From positions 215,629 to 279,628 of the forward strand of contig DF236998.1 of assembly GCA_000708835.1 (NCBI GenBank): a DNA stretch of 64,000 nucleotides, in the 5' to 3' direction. Below, piece after piece: positions 1 to 13,800 of this stretch (positions within the stretch are counted from its first letter, which is position 1; each line of letters opens with the position of its first letter). The DNA comes from Klebsormidium nitens. Taxonomy: Eukaryota; Plantae; Klebsormidiophyceae. Made by a program: the position numbers and the translations under genes. The notes under the pieces are model-generated. The model had not been told where the DNA came from and made no database searches. It saw only the letters and a program-made list of their open reading frames with translations.

Positions 1-387
1 TCGTATCTAGCTCGATGTCGTTCCCCCAACCTTTCAATAGACGCCAGATATACTACCAGTGCTCCTCATTCTGCCCGCCCCACCACTCTGCACGTAAAGG
101 CGCCTTGTATCTTTGAGAAATACCGTCAAGAAGCCAGTTCAGTACGCCAATCACGCTACTTCCTAGAGGTTTCATCAAACTGAGCCTTTGCTCTCTCCAG
201 AATCTTTTCATCCTTATTCCTCTTTGGAGAAATCCCAGCCCGAAAGGAAGCTCCGTGGCGGGTCTGAGAGAAACGAAACGACTTGTGGCAAGCTCCCAGA
301 TTTTTGGGATCGAGCCACCGTTAGACCACTTCATAGACTGTTCATAAATCAGTAACATCTGCTTTAAGGCATTTCCTTGTAACGCAG

Positions 388-3300
388 GTTGGACGTCCCT
401 TTTACGAGGACGTGCTTCTTCCTTACTTTGGCGAACACGCGCTGGTCCGCTACGCTGCTCTCTTCCCAGAGCTGAGATGGCTGTGTGAGACAACGCCCCT
501 CGCTTCGTGTCATTTTTTATTGACACGAACTGCTTGCGGAATACTCTGCACCTTTGCTTCGCCCGCTCCAGACTCTCAATCGCAAGATGTGAGGCTTTCG
601 ATTGTTATGGCTTTCATTAGGATTGCCGTAAGTGGCGGATTGCTGACGTTGATTCGCGAGGGCTTGTCTTCAGAATTATGCCCGAGCTCCCCTGCGTTTA
701 ATCGGCGGTGGGCTTTTCCTGCAGTGCTCAGTCAACTGGACGGCAAAGTACTTCAAAACCAGGAAATAAAGGTTGAGGGGACGACGCCTCCCTTCGACTT
801 CGAAGCGCTTCTGTGGGCCCTGCCAACCTGTCAAGTCTTCGACGCGAGGTTCATCAGGTATGATGTTTCGAAGCATGAGATCAAGGAGAATAATGTTGAG
901 CCTTACTCCAACTGACACGAAAAACTCTAAGCCCAGAAAAAGTACCTGCTCTGCGCTTCTACCCGCCCTAACCCCCATACGAACCCTACCCGTCTCAGTG
1001 CGGTTACCTTATTATTATCTGAGCTTATTATTATCTTTCTTGAGTTCGCTTTTCTAAGCAAATAAAGGTGGTAGCGATGGTGAGCTGCGTGTGGTGCGAT
1101 CGGTTGGGCATCTGCTTGGGCAGGGCATCCATTGTTTTCAAACCAGCCCTTTACTGTGTTTCGACACCACTTTGGGACGTCACTCAAAATGCTGTCCCAG
1201 CTGCGCTTGTGGAAGTGCTTGGCAGCCCTTCAGGGTTTGAAAATCTCCTGCACATGTGACACTTGCATAATAATAGCTGAGCCTCCAGAAGTCTTTCTGC
1301 AGCGACTCGCGTGCCCGCAGCGCAACCACTGATGAGGCAGTCGAAAGCGGTGGCGAGGCGGATGCGCTCAGCAGGGGCGTTGGAGCTTACGGAAGGTGTG
1401 GAGATCACTCGCAATTACTACCAGGATTCGACATCATTACATACATAAAAGATAGCATCATTTTTGTGCGCGACGGGCCAGGATTCGGCTACAGATGGCT
1501 TTCCTGGGAGGCTACGCAACATTTGCGCGAGTGCCCTCGGATCCGGTTTTAGCTGAAGGTGTAGCTAGGATGCTCGTTATCAACTCGGATGTTTGGGGTC
1601 CGAGCAGGGACTGGACCGGATTCTGCTTCCAACTGGCCCTTGATAGATTCAGAGATCGCTCTCGTTGTTTGCACATGAAGCGGATGCATTACCTATCTTG
1701 TCGGTTTCCCGGATGTTTGCTGCGACGTCCGACAAACTTTTGTGCACCTAGGAGCAGGTCAGGCGAAATGGTATAGACGCGAGACCGCATTTGAGCCGTT
1801 GAAATATCGGGTTGGCGACTTGCGAGATGTTAGCATTGTATGCATCTTGATTGGGAGGATGGTGAGAGTGCTTTGAAGATGTACTGCTTTTGCGGGCACA
1901 GGTTTTGGATTATGCAATTCGATTTGCTTGCTTTTGAGGCAAGTGGACTGCTAGAATGCTCGTAAATCTAACATGAGGGCTTCTCACAACGCGGCTCGAG
2001 ATTGGATTTATAATAAATCGACAGCTTCTTTTCGGCAAGGGTACAGGGCTCCATTCACGTCGCTATTACCCCTTAACCGCTCATAAGTTGACTTCCAAAC
2101 TATTGTTAGAATTGCATCTGTTCGACAATTTAACATACCCGGACCTTTAACTTTGCGATCGTCGCTGTAGGCTACGGATGTCACAGCTCAAGCTTGCGTA
2201 CAACCCCCTCACCAGCGAGGAGCTGTGGGCGATACTGCGGTCGCTTCCTAGCTCCAGGTGAGGACCACTGGTTTGAGAAACCCGTTAAGGCAATTACTCT
2301 TCGGGTCAAGGTTGAAAGGGTTGCTGCAGACCCTGTAACTGAAATTGTCTCGGCCCATCTGCTTGCCTCAGAGCACTAAGTCGTGTACTACCGTTTGCTT
2401 CTTATTTCAGGGGAGAGCTGCGTAGACACAGCGATGAAGGACATCAGCTGCCATAAAGATTGTGTGACCGCAATAGCAACTTTGGCGTATCAAAGCCACA
2501 AATCCCCAGCTTCGTTCCGGCCGCAAATGGTATCAACGATCGGGTTCCTGTTCAGTTCGAGTTTACGGATGGATTCCCAGCAACTGTTCACAAAAAAACG
2601 GCAGCTCCTGACTTTCCGCAGCTCTTTTGCAGCCTGAAGACGTTGGACCTCAGTTACTGCGATCTCGACTCTTCCTCGGCTCCGCTCGACGTGCTGGAGG
2701 GCCTGCGCGGCTCCATCTTGGAAGCACTTTTGCTCTCAGGTACGTTTTGTCAGGACACTTTCCGTCCCTCCCTTTCCTTTTCCCTTTACATTGCCTCCAT
2801 TGCGGCCCTTTCGCGAGCAAAATGTTCCCCTGATCTTGCACGGCTCTGAGGACTTATGAATCTGGTTCCCCCTGGATTTTAAGGTGCGTCTCGAACCTGG
2901 GGCGCTCTCGAATTGCCGGCTCTGAAGTCCAACCCGCAATCCGCTTGTAAACCAATCTCCGTTTGGTTCAAATGTTTGTTGACTTTGTCGTGACTTCGGG
3001 CAGAGATACCAATTCTCAGTTGGTCCAGCCATTGCTTTTCGAGCAGGGAACCCCTTCGGCATGCCTCAGCGAAAGCCCGAGGAGATTCCGGTCGTCGAAG
3101 GGTCCTGGCGGAAAGTGAGCGGAATCTGGCGGAAGACCGTCCAAACCGCGTCCCCCCGGCGCGCGCCGAAAGCGCCGCCCAAGAAACCGGCGGCTCGGAA
3201 AAAGGGCCCGGTAAAGCGGCCCGAGTGGAATCTCTGCTTTGATAACGTGGAAGGAGACGGGGGGGAAAGCTCGTCTGCGGCACAGACCCCGGTTGGAGAT

Positions 3301-5954
3301 GACTCGGGTGGAGCTAACCCGGGTGGAGATAAGCCGGATGGAAAGAAACCGGTCGGAGCTAACCCGGGTGAAGCTAACCAGGGAGGACCTAACCCGGATG
3401 AAGATATCTCGGGTGGAGATAACCGGGGTGAAGCTAACCCGGGAGGAGCTAACCCGGGTCGAGATGGTCCTGGTGGAGATACCGCGCGAGCGGTCGGGGG
3501 GAAAGGAACGAGTCGCGATTCGGAGGAAGACCGACCGGCCACATCTTCTGGGGCAGGAGATGCAAAACGGGGCCCCGAGAGCTGTCAACCGAGTGAGTCA
3601 GGGGCAGAAAGGAACTCCGTAGATGCATTTCCGGGCACCTCTTTGCGAGAGGGGGGGGCAAGTTGTGGTCCGGAGCAAGTAACCAGCTCCTCGAGGCAGA
3701 GCCCGGGCGATAATGAACCGGGCGCGTCGACGGCAGGGGAAGCGAGTCAAAGCGCGCCTCATCGGACGGAACAAGACGGCGGTGGCGCGGGGGATCTTGC
3801 AACAGAGAATGGTGTCCCGGACAGTGCTTCGATTCGGACGGCTGACCCCGATCGGAAGGGCAAGGACAAGATCGAAGACGGGACGCCAGGAAGCCCTCCG
3901 TACCTTGCGGAATCGTCGGAACACACGGCGGACCGGAAAGGCAAAGCGAAAGTGGACGAAGGCCCTTCAACCGTTTCCGATCCTCCTGTTGATGACGCTT
4001 CCAGCCGGACGGAAACCAGCGCCTTTCCCGGGGAAGTCAGAAACGGCAGGCATAACGGCGCGGAATCGTCCGAAAAGTTTCCCTCGCCCGAGGTCGCCTC
4101 GACCGCCGCTGACGTCCCCGCCATCATTTTCGGTTCGATCCTGACGTCACTCCCGCCGACGCTCAAGAAGCTCGCGCTCTCCGACTGTGGCCTGGGGGAC
4201 GTCCACGTGGCGCAGATCGTGCGTGGGCTGACGTCAGCGGGGTGCGCGCTGTGGGAGCTGGACCTGTCGCAGAACGAGGTCTCGGCGCGGGGGGCGAGTG
4301 CCGTCTTTGTTTGGCTCCAGGTGGGGGTGGTTCTCTGAGGGGTCCGTCCTCCTGTTTTGAGTTCTTTCTTTTAGTCAAAGACGGTCTGCACATGGTCATT
4401 TCGTGGGTGATTACGAAATTGGTCCCAAACCCAATGTGCCGCCTTTGAGGGCTCCAGGTGACTACCGCTTCAGGGGACGTTCGTCTGATGATCTTCAAAT
4501 CTCGTTCTACTTTCGTCAATCCCGTGGTTGACCGTTCCTTGCTGGGGGTTCGCGGATCGGCCTCGAATATGTTCGACAACAAATCAATTATCCCTATATG
4601 CAGAGGGCGGTCTTCAATCAGGTCTTGGTGAGGACGCGCTTTTCTTGACTTGGTGTTGACCTCAGGCTGTCAATTAGTGGCTGATGAAGTCGCTCTGTCT
4701 TCGCGCAGCACAACGATTCTCTGCGTCACTTGAGCCTGGCTCAGAACAAGGTGACCAGCACATGTACGGACGACCTGTTGGGCGCGTTGCAGAAAAACAC
4801 CACGCTTTCAAAGGTGAGGTCATGCTTACGTACTTTTCAGATTCTCGACTCAATTGGTGTCATCAAATAGACCGAAGACTTTTCTTCCATCTTTTGCGCG
4901 TTCCTTGTCTTCAAGCCTAAGCCGGACTTCTAGGATAGCTGTTTTCGAAGTGCTGCATGATGCGGCAATCAACTCTCTTTTTCTGCACCCATAAATCAAG
5001 GTATATTCTGAAGATCAAAGGTGCCTTTACCTTCTTCGGTACTGCACATCCGCCACAATTGACCTTCCCAACCGTAGCCCAGCCAGACAAGTTGTGTGCC
5101 GTCGGATGAGGTACATCCGGGCCATCGAACGGGCCAGCATTTGCTCTGTGCCAGATCCTGCGATCGGGTCAGATCGAACGCGCTTTCTTGAGACGGTCAG
5201 CTTTAGCCTTAGTCACTCAGCAGTAAAACCGTCCTCTTTGTCGCTTAACCACCTGCAATTTCCAAAGGACCTCGGTGACCTCTGCCGGTGGCTCTTGTAT
5301 TGTGCGAGCGACTTGAGACCCCTCTTGTTCGGTCGTTCAAGCCTAATCGCATGTGCCTGTGAAAGGCTGCCCAAATGGTTTACTCTTCTACACCAACACG
5401 ACCGTCTTTAACCAAGTTCCACGTCGCAAAGGCGGGTTCCTTCCCGGCCGTTGAGAAGATTACATCCCGGATATAGTTGCCTCCCTTATTGACATGACAT
5501 GTTCCAAAAACGGTAAGGCATTTTTATTCGTGATTCTATTGGCTGAAACCCTTACCGGGTTGACCGCGTTGACCGAAACCGAAACTTGAACGACTAACCC
5601 CCTACTAACCACAGCATATTCCCTGCTTCAAAAGCTAAAAACTTCTAAACCCCATATGAAACCCTTCATCGCAAAAATCACAAAACTTCCAAGGGGGAGG
5701 ACATTCTAGTTCGATTCTGTGCTGACTGGAAAACGGGATTTGTGCAGCTTTCATTGGCGGGGAATTACTCCTTCGGCGAGGAGCGCGTCTCCGAAGTTTT
5801 GGAAGCTGCCCGCGAGCATGCTGAATTGCTTGTGGCCCTAGAGACGGCCACAGTTTTCAGCCTGGATCTCTCCTTCATTGACGTCACATACGCAGCTAGG
5901 AATAGGTTCCGAGACACTTATGCGGGTGTTGCACAATTGGACCTTCGAATATGA
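388..5954 (+). CDS. Ribonuclease-inhibitor-like leucine-rich-repeat protein, multi-exon; 5' part uncertain or outside the window
   Basis: Phase-consistent exons 2171-2257, 2633-2739, 3047-4320, 4709-4813 and 5748-5954 give ..SQLKLAYNPLTSEEL..SLKTLDLSYCDL..EALLLSGNPFG..[long insert]..LKKLALSDCGLGD..LWELDLSQNEV..WLQHNDSLRHLSLAQNKV..ALQKNTTLSKLSLAGNYSF..stop. Exon 388-857 is probable. Exons between 857 and 2171 are unresolved. Confidence 0.75.
3295..3480 (+). repeat. Coding 15-bp minisatellite (AACCCGGGTGGAGCT-like, about 12 degenerate units) encoding NPGG(A/D/E) repeats
   Basis: Repeated (t/a)aacccgggt(g/c)gag(c/a)t units are visible inside the LRR exon 3047-4320. Confidence 0.85.
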
Positions 5955-7049
5955 ACGAGCGCAAGCTTATGTACGGTTCGTCTTGCCGTGACATTGTTTG
6001 TGATTCCGCTAGTCGCGATCAGGCCTGTAGTTATTCCAATTGAGAGCCTGCATCTCGAGAATAAAGTCACTCGTGCGATTTCTTCATTTCCCTAGAAATT
6101 TGGTGCACGTGACTTCCAGATTTGGTGAAAGACTTACGTCATATAGGTCAGGACATCTTGTATAGAGCTTTCAAGGGGTCGCAATGGTCCAACGAAGATC
6201 ACTGTAACCCGACTGTCAATGTATTAGGCATTCCATCTGGACTTGTATTACGCCCGTCAAAATATATTTTTAACAGTGTGCCATGCCTACAATTGTAGGA
6301 CTCGGCATCAGTGTGCTGCTTTTCCTCGCACAAGCACCTCACCAGATTGCACTCGCTGCGGGGTGTTCGACAGAAAGTAGCGCGCACAGGCTGACCTGGA
6401 AACGTTCCAACATCATGGTGTTGCTGAGTAAGCCACCGCGTCGCAATTGTAATCCAAGCACCCTCGGTGCGACGCAATCTGATTTAGATTGCTTGATACG
6501 AGTTCATAGTTTATGCACATGGAATTGCGGTCTTAATTGGCTATGTATGCAATTGTTGCACAGACGGACATATATTACAAACAGAACGCACTACTGTAGA
6601 GTCCCTTTTCCTCAAAATTTGTGTAGCAGCAGCTTGTGTGGGAGGGAGTCCAAGATCGATCATGAGTTTGAAGGGATCCCGCTGGACCGTGGAATCTGAC
6701 CTCGTCAAACCGCGCAGCCAAATTTTATTAACCCCCTTGTCTTGACTCAAGGTCAATCGCACGGTCAGAAACCAGTCATTGCCCATCGCGAACGGTAGAA
6801 AGAGCCCAGTCACCATGTTGGTCTCAGTTTAACCGCATAACATGACCCAGTACTGAACCCGCATCCGGCTTGAGGAAGATTCCCGTATATGGAGCTTGAA
6901 GGTTCAGCACACCAACTGAAGCTGGTGAGGAGGGAGAACAGCGGCCTTTTAGTTGCGCTCACAAGCCGTGCTGAAGCTCTCGAACATTGCATGTAAAGCA
7001 GCAGATGCTGAAAGCCTTCTCGTTGATAAATAGCGCGCAGCGACAAGCG

Positions 7050-9710
7050 ATGGCGTCCATCGGAGGACAGTGCTTGTGTTCTGCAGTCAAGTTTGAGATC
7101 CATGATGTGGAGCCTGCCATTCAGGTGAGAACGTCGTTGTGCTGATAAATCGATCGTTTGCTTGTCCTCCCATGAGTTTGTTAGGCGGTGGTGCATACAG
7201 CCACTGCGATGATACGGTGCACCAAAAGTGTGCGCTCAGAATATACCGTCAGAAGATCGTGAAATACTTGGCGTCAGAGAAGATTAGCTAAGTCGGCGTC
7301 AGAGAAGAATGAGTAATCCGGCGTCCATCTGCGCTGCCACTGGCAGCAGCAGATGAGTAGCTCTTGGGTGCAGAGACATGGTGGTGGCAAGATTCCTGCA
7401 TGGAGCATTGCTAGTCTTTCATGTCACCTGCAAGTTTTGTCAAGATACACTACGTCAAATGATTTACATACAGGCGGCCGGGAGTACTCATATAGCTTAA
7501 TCAGCAAACGCATGTCGGAAGCCACTGACATCACATCAGTCGGTGCCTAATAAGTATGACTAACCGCGTCTTCTGAACATTTGATACATTCTTTGCAATC
7601 AGCAAGCAGAGTCCTCAAGATCTGTTGCTCAAACTCTCCTGCTTTTTGCAACAGTGCTACTGCCACTGCGAGACGTGCCGGAAGGTCCGCTCAGCTCCGA
7701 TCGTCCCTTTGATGTTGTTTCCGATTGATCTTCCTTATGGGTTTGCCGACAAGGAAGGGAAGTGAGTATCGCCCTCTGTTGTTTCTTCTTGCCCTACCTG
7801 CCAGTGATATACCTGCCGGGCTGCTTTGTGTAACTTGCGCCAAAGCTACTTATCAAAGCACTTCCCAAACTGGATCGTGCCCCCCTTGCCCTTCTTTCTC
7901 CGCTTGGTCTTTGCTTTTACTTTCTGATCGAACCCCGTCTCTCATCAATAGCCTGGCGACAAAGCTGGCCGCTGCAACTCTCGGATGGGAAAAGAGGGAA
8001 GCTGTTGTGACTCTGCTGGTGTGATGATGCTTCACCAGAGGTCAAGGAGTTGAGGGCTCACCATAAGATCCGAACCTTATGAGCAGACGTTTAGAAGCAC
8101 AATCTGCGGCCACCATTGTCCAGCACCAGCTGCTCTACTTGAATGCAGGCAACATCTGATCAGTGTAATATCTCAATGGCCCTGACCTCGTATGCTGAAA
8201 GGCAGGTGCTTTTTCATGGGGCGAACAGCGGCTAGCAAAGCATCATTTGCAGAACGCGTGATCTCGCTGTTTCTGCCCAGGTTCAAAGTCACCGAGGGGG
8301 CCGACTTGGTAACCTCGTACAACCACACGCACACCGGACCACGACGAGCGTTCTGTAAACGGTGAGCGCCAATGATCTCCGTATCTGTTCCTTTTGAGCC
8401 TGCCTGATCCTTCCAGCTCGTGTTGGTATTGTAAATGACTGACATCTTGGATTGCCTGACGACTGACTGCGAAAGTCTGTCCAAGAGTAGAAACCGATGG
8501 GCTTGTTTCAGGACGGGGCAAGATGGCTTGTGCTCTTGGTTCCCCTTGGCTTCTTACCTTTTTGGGTCTGCGAGTGTCTTTGAACGAGTGTGATCCCGCT
8601 GGAATCCTGACAGATCAGTACCACTGCAGGTCTGGCCATATTCTGCTTCTGGAGCGGCCTCGTTGTGCTTTTTGTGTCTTGGAAGCTTATTCAAGCTTAC
8701 CCAAGCTCGGACACATTAGACCCCCAGGAACATGGGAGATTGCTAATACGCTCTCTGGCAGATTGCAAAACCTGGTTCGTTCACGAAAATTGTGCTGATC
8801 TTAAGTAACCTTTGTAATTTAACGCTGTCCCTTACAGGTGCGGCTCAGCGGTTTTCAACTGCGGGAAGTGGATTGCCATTTTCCCTAGCACAATCACGTC
8901 AGGCGCCTCCTTCAAGTAAGTATTGAATCCTGCCCGAAGAACAAAAGAAGGGCGAGACGGGGAGGGGGGAAGGAAAACTGACGGGTTCTGAGGAGATGAC
9001 ATCAGGGCTGGTCGGGTGGGTGGGAGACCCTGCTTGAAGAATGTGTTGTCTTGAAAGCTCACGGCAGTGCCGGCAGACTCTTTCGTCGACTTCGCAGAAC
9101 TTCTTGAGGAGTACACCTTCCAGCTCAGTGTCTCTCTTCGAGATTGGAAACTCAGGTTACTCAAGGGTTGGAGGCCATTTTTCTTGTCGGTCCGTGACCA
9201 ACAATGGTTTGGAGCCTTCGGAAAGCTTCAAAGAACGGTAGAGAGGTTTATGTGGCCTTTGTGGAGCGTTGTACTGATGAGCTGTCCTGATGAAAGCTGA
9301 GGTACAAAACGGCCAAGTCTCACGAATCTTGACATACAAAGCTGATCTACAATGCTGATCCTTTATGATGAGGAACCAGAAGGTCCGGATGGAGTGCTCA
9401 TCATGGAAGCGCTCTAAAATCAAGTTTGCTGGCAGTTGTCAAGTCCGTTTCTAATCAAGAGCCCAGGCACCTTCTGTCCCGAAACTTGAGAGTCGCTTGA
9501 TCTTATGAGGTAGCACAAGATTTAGGAAAGAACGTTTTTCTTTCTGTCGCCGTGCATTTTCTGTAACATACCTGTGTGCTTGCCCCTTGCAGGCCGGAAT
9601 GCCACATCCACTACGAAGATTCGATCATGCCAATGCGCGACGGTCTGCCAAAGTATGCTCAGGGTCCCGAGTCACAAAAGCTGGAGGAAGACAGTCCCGA
9701 GAAGCCATGA
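7050..9710 (+). CDS. GFA / CENP-V-family (glutathione-dependent formaldehyde-activating) zinc-binding protein, 5 exons, about 150 aa
   Basis: Exons 7050-7124, 7655-7761, 8281-8361, 8838-8915 and 9593-9710 splice in phase to MASIGGQCLCSAVKFEI..CYCHCETCRK..RAFCKRCGSAVF..FKPECHIHYEDSIMPMRDGLPKY..stop. All GFA cysteine motifs (CxC, CxCxxC, FCxxCG) are present. The ORF track misses this gene because the exons are short. Confidence 0.88.
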
Positions 9711-10836
9711 GAGACGTTGGGTACTGAAGCTGACGTGACCCCTGTCCGTCTGATTCTGTTCGCTAGACGCGCGCAAGTGAAGGCTAAGCAATGAAGGGGC
9801 TCGCTAGACAAATAGGAGCGATACGGAGCACGCGCTGGCAAGTCGAGTTGTTCACAAGGACGATGCAGCTCCCGATTGGGTGTTGCCGAGCAACTTCAAG
9901 ATACGGAGACTCTGCGCATAGAAGTCAACATACCGGGTCGATGCAGTGAGTCATGGAGAGCATAGATTCTTAGCCATATGCATAGTCTACTTGAAGAATC
10001 TATGCAGCTTTGCAAGCTTGTCCATGCATGGCAAGTAACTTTATATGGGTACATGACAAAAGAATCAACTTTTGACGACGGTACACAATTCGAGTTTATA
10101 TCGCCCTGCGCGCCTGGATCTTATGCCAGTGATCCAATCGTCCAAAACTTTTGAGTTAAAAAAAGGAAACCGTCGTGGCAGGGCCTCGCAGATTTATATA
10201 ATAGCGGAATACAATACGGGCCAGCTCTGTAGTATATAGCGCATACACGCTATAAGTTAAGGATACACAGACTAGTTGGCATGGGTTTCTCCATGTCTGC
10301 GCAGATCCGATCCATGCCTTTGATATACGCACGGGCTTTAAGAGAAGTGTCCATCTTGGCTTGATTGAGTCTGCGCGCGCCACTGAACGTTGGCCGCCGT
10401 GCCCAAACGCCCTAAAAATAATCATGACCTACTGCATGCCGCCATGACAGCTATACACAAGCCTCTAGGATGAGGACTACGCTAATGTATGATTAACCAG
10501 TCAGGCCTTGACTGGAATACAGTACACTGTACCGCATTTGTTGAGGACTGTTATCCTTCATACGGTCCTGCATGCAACTTCTTCTGAAGGTCGTCAGGTT
10601 ATGGCTTTTGCTCCCTGCGATTGATCTATCCGGGTCTACCATAATCTTCGGTGTACAACACAACTACGCCTAACGCTTCGTGATCGCACATCTTATGTAC
10701 ACGTACTAGATAAAGTCATAAACCCTATGTACATTGTAAGGATGGCATACACCTCTCTTTTGCAGCTTGCTCCTATACAACGGCTGAGGGTATGCGGATC
10801 TCAAAGCTTAGCCTGTCTTCATACACAGCGTCCAAA

Positions 10837-13800
10837 TTACGAGTTTGAGACCATCGATTCTGTTTCCTTGACAAACCCCTCTCCGGTCCAATCCTTGTCA
10901 TTGGCCAGGCCAACTCGGGCGGCCTTCTTTGCAGCAATGGCCTCCTTTTGGCGCCTCACCAGATCCGTATGGGTAGTGAAGTATTGCAGACTGTGCCTGT
11001 AGAAGGCAAAACGGCGAAAGACGTCCAATAAGCGACAGGCAACGAGGAATTGCGAAACTGAGGCGTTCGCCAGAGGGTTTCAAGAATGTTTGGTTGACGC
11101 CCAAGTGAGAAGCTGCTCCAAACCAGGTGGGTCAGCCCTCAGCAGTAGAAAATCCCTTTGACGACAAACCATTCAAGGAACCTAGATCTGGATCGACCTT
11201 TTGACCCGTCAGCAAACCAGACCATCAGATTGCAACCGCAGACAGGATAACAAGGAACGATTCGATGAACGGTACGCTTCCATTCAAGCTGCCATCTGTC
11301 CTTGCAGAACGAGACGCCCATTAAGACCAGCTTCGCAGCCAGCACGTGCTATATACGCGGTACACTGGAGTCTCCGTCGCATAGCTTACCCACGGAACTG
11401 CTCGATGCTGGAGAAGTTGTGCTGCTTCATGAACTCCTGGAGCCCTCCGCACAGCTCCTTCACCAGGGGGTACCCGTGCAGCATCACGCCCGTGCACACC
11501 TGCAATCGCGGTATCAGCTAAGTACGGGCTTTGACAACCTTGTCCCAAACACTTGACTGACTTCTTTCCGTACCTTGAAGTTGAAAGGTGGCCGCAAATG
11601 CAGGCCTCTTCATCTGGACCGGACACGAATTCAGTAAGAGGATACTAAGTTTGTAATTGTAGTGCAGAAGCATTCTTTGAAAGACCTGGTTGTGACCGCT
11701 TGACACCTAAGTGATATCCTTGAAATATGTCCTTCAGTAACCGTTGTGAAATCCGGGCCCATCCCAGCTCTTCTGACCCCGCCTACAATGGAGCCGCGGT
11801 CGAGGCTCTCAAGCTCAGTTGCTTCAAGAGCAAGAAGTCGATCACGCAACCTCTCATCATAAGCATGTCCCACGACTGCACTTCTCAGACCCTTCAAGAT
11901 CTCATGAAATGTCGAGCTCACATGAAGCGCAGACACTATCAAATAAGACGTGGACTGCCTACCTGCACCGTCGCCCCCAGCAGAATGAACTCCGCCGCGC
12001 TCTCCCAAAATCAAGACATGTTTTCAGAAGTTGCCAATCAATAGGGGCATTTTTCCTTGCCTTGCTTTGTTTCATTACGAGTTTACATTCAACTTCAAAT
12101 CACCCGAGTGAAACCGATTCGCCTACTTGCACCGTGCTCGCCCCCAGCACGATGACCTCCGCCGCATTCTCCAAGATTAAAAAAAAAAAGGCTTTTGGAA
12201 AGCTCTCAATTAATAGAGCATTTTTCGTTGTTTGCTTTGTTTCGTTTCCAATCGCATATCACATCTGAATCACCTGGTAAACTCAATCGAATACAAGTCA
12301 CCCAAGTGAAACCAATTCGCCCACCTGCACCGTGCTCGCCCCCAGCAGGATGAACTCGGCCGCGTTCTCCCCCGTCTCCACGCCCCCGATCCCGGACAGC
12401 GTCTTCCCTTGCCCCGGGAAGTCGCGCTCGATCATCTTGGAGATGTTCATGCACCGCGCGAGCGCGATCGGGCGCACCGCCTTGGACGAGTAGCCGCCGG
12501 GGGTGGAGTAGCCCTCGACGCACGGTTCCGGAGCGAGGGTCTTCAGGTTGATGCCCATGACGCTCATGATGGTGTTGATCGCGGCCACGCCCTCGCAGCC
12601 CTGGGCGAGCGCGGCGCGCGACGGCTGCGGGAAAGCAGGCCAGTCGTTCAAGCAAAAGTTGCAATTTCACTTTGTTGTTTCTCCCCAACCCGTCTTCTGT
12701 CCATATAATATCATGTTACTGCAGCCCTGAGCAGTGACGTGCTTGCTTGGATTTGAATTCCTTGATTGCGCAAAAGAAGGCATAAGCTGACGCCACTCTG
12801 CAACGTTTAAATACTCCTCCTTGGTAGTTATCATTCTTGCAGCAGCACGGCTTGCAGCAGGTGCGGAGAGCAAAAATCGTCCGATCCATGAGAACCAGTC
12901 GCTTTCAAACAAGTTCGCTTCTTCTTCTCTTCACTCCAAAAACCCTGGAATCCTGACATTGATGTGAAGGCATGGATCAGAAGAATTGACATTTGAAGCA
13001 AGAAATCTTTTGGCACACCAATACAAGTCCCTTAAACTCACCACGGTGATGTCGGTGATGTTGGGCGTCATCTTGGCCCACACAGGGACCGTCGCTTTGG
13101 CGTTGATCCAGCCGCACACCTCCGTCAGCAGCTCTGGATCCTGTCCCATGGCCGCACCCATCTTGCGCTCGGGCATCCCGTGAGGGCAAGAGAAGTTGAT
13201 CTCGAACGCGTCCACGCCGACCGATTCGCAGCGCTCGATGATCTCTTCCCAGGCGCCGCGGTTGTACTCCTCCATGATGGAGGCGATCAGGACCCTGAGA
13301 GGGAGGTTTGGAAGGAAAGGTTACGAATCATAGAGGCACACGAATGTAGGGTGTAGGGCGTAGGAAGGCTGAGCTTACCAATGTATCGGAGAAATGAGTC
13401 AACTTCTCATGGGTGCCAAAGAGCTGCGGAGGCAGTGACTTGAATCAAGTTGCAACATGCTAGTGTTGTCTAAGCAGTAGCCTGCCTTTGACACCATGTG
13501 GACAGGGCAAACGACAGTGTCTGCGCGGGAATGGAATTGAAATTAATTATTTTGTACCGATCCTTATGTCTCATCTACCATCAATGGCCAGTGCATCTCT
13601 TTGCCCCACGATTTCGTTGGTGAGTTTCACCACAATGGACCACCGCCAGCTGCAAAGCAAGCAATTGCTGCAGCTGAAAGCTTACACCCTGCACTGCATG
13701 TCAAATATGCACTTCTGAGAAAACTTCTTCTTGTCCAGATTGAAGAGTACGTCTCCGTTTTCCTCACCTGTCGGGATACTCCTCTTTCAGCTGCTTTAGC

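Noticed and set aside
53-526. 157-aa minus-strand ORF
   Set aside because: No recognisable motif, and it overlaps the probable LRR exon antisense. It cannot be supported as a gene.
3016-4166. Multiple long overlapping ORFs in other frames (also around 12206-12708, 33148-33786, 36133-37459 and 59180-60092)
   Set aside because: Shadow ORFs of GC-rich coding exons.
6283-6699. ORF with a signal-peptide-like start upstream of the GFA gene
   Set aside because: No convincing donor/acceptor links it to the GFA exons, and the remainder looks non-coding.
7248-7326. Short gcgtcagagaaga repeats in GFA intron 1, plus a 15-bp duplication at 55010-55038 and (TGACAA)3 at ~45674
   Set aside because: Small slippage repeats with no evident functional context.
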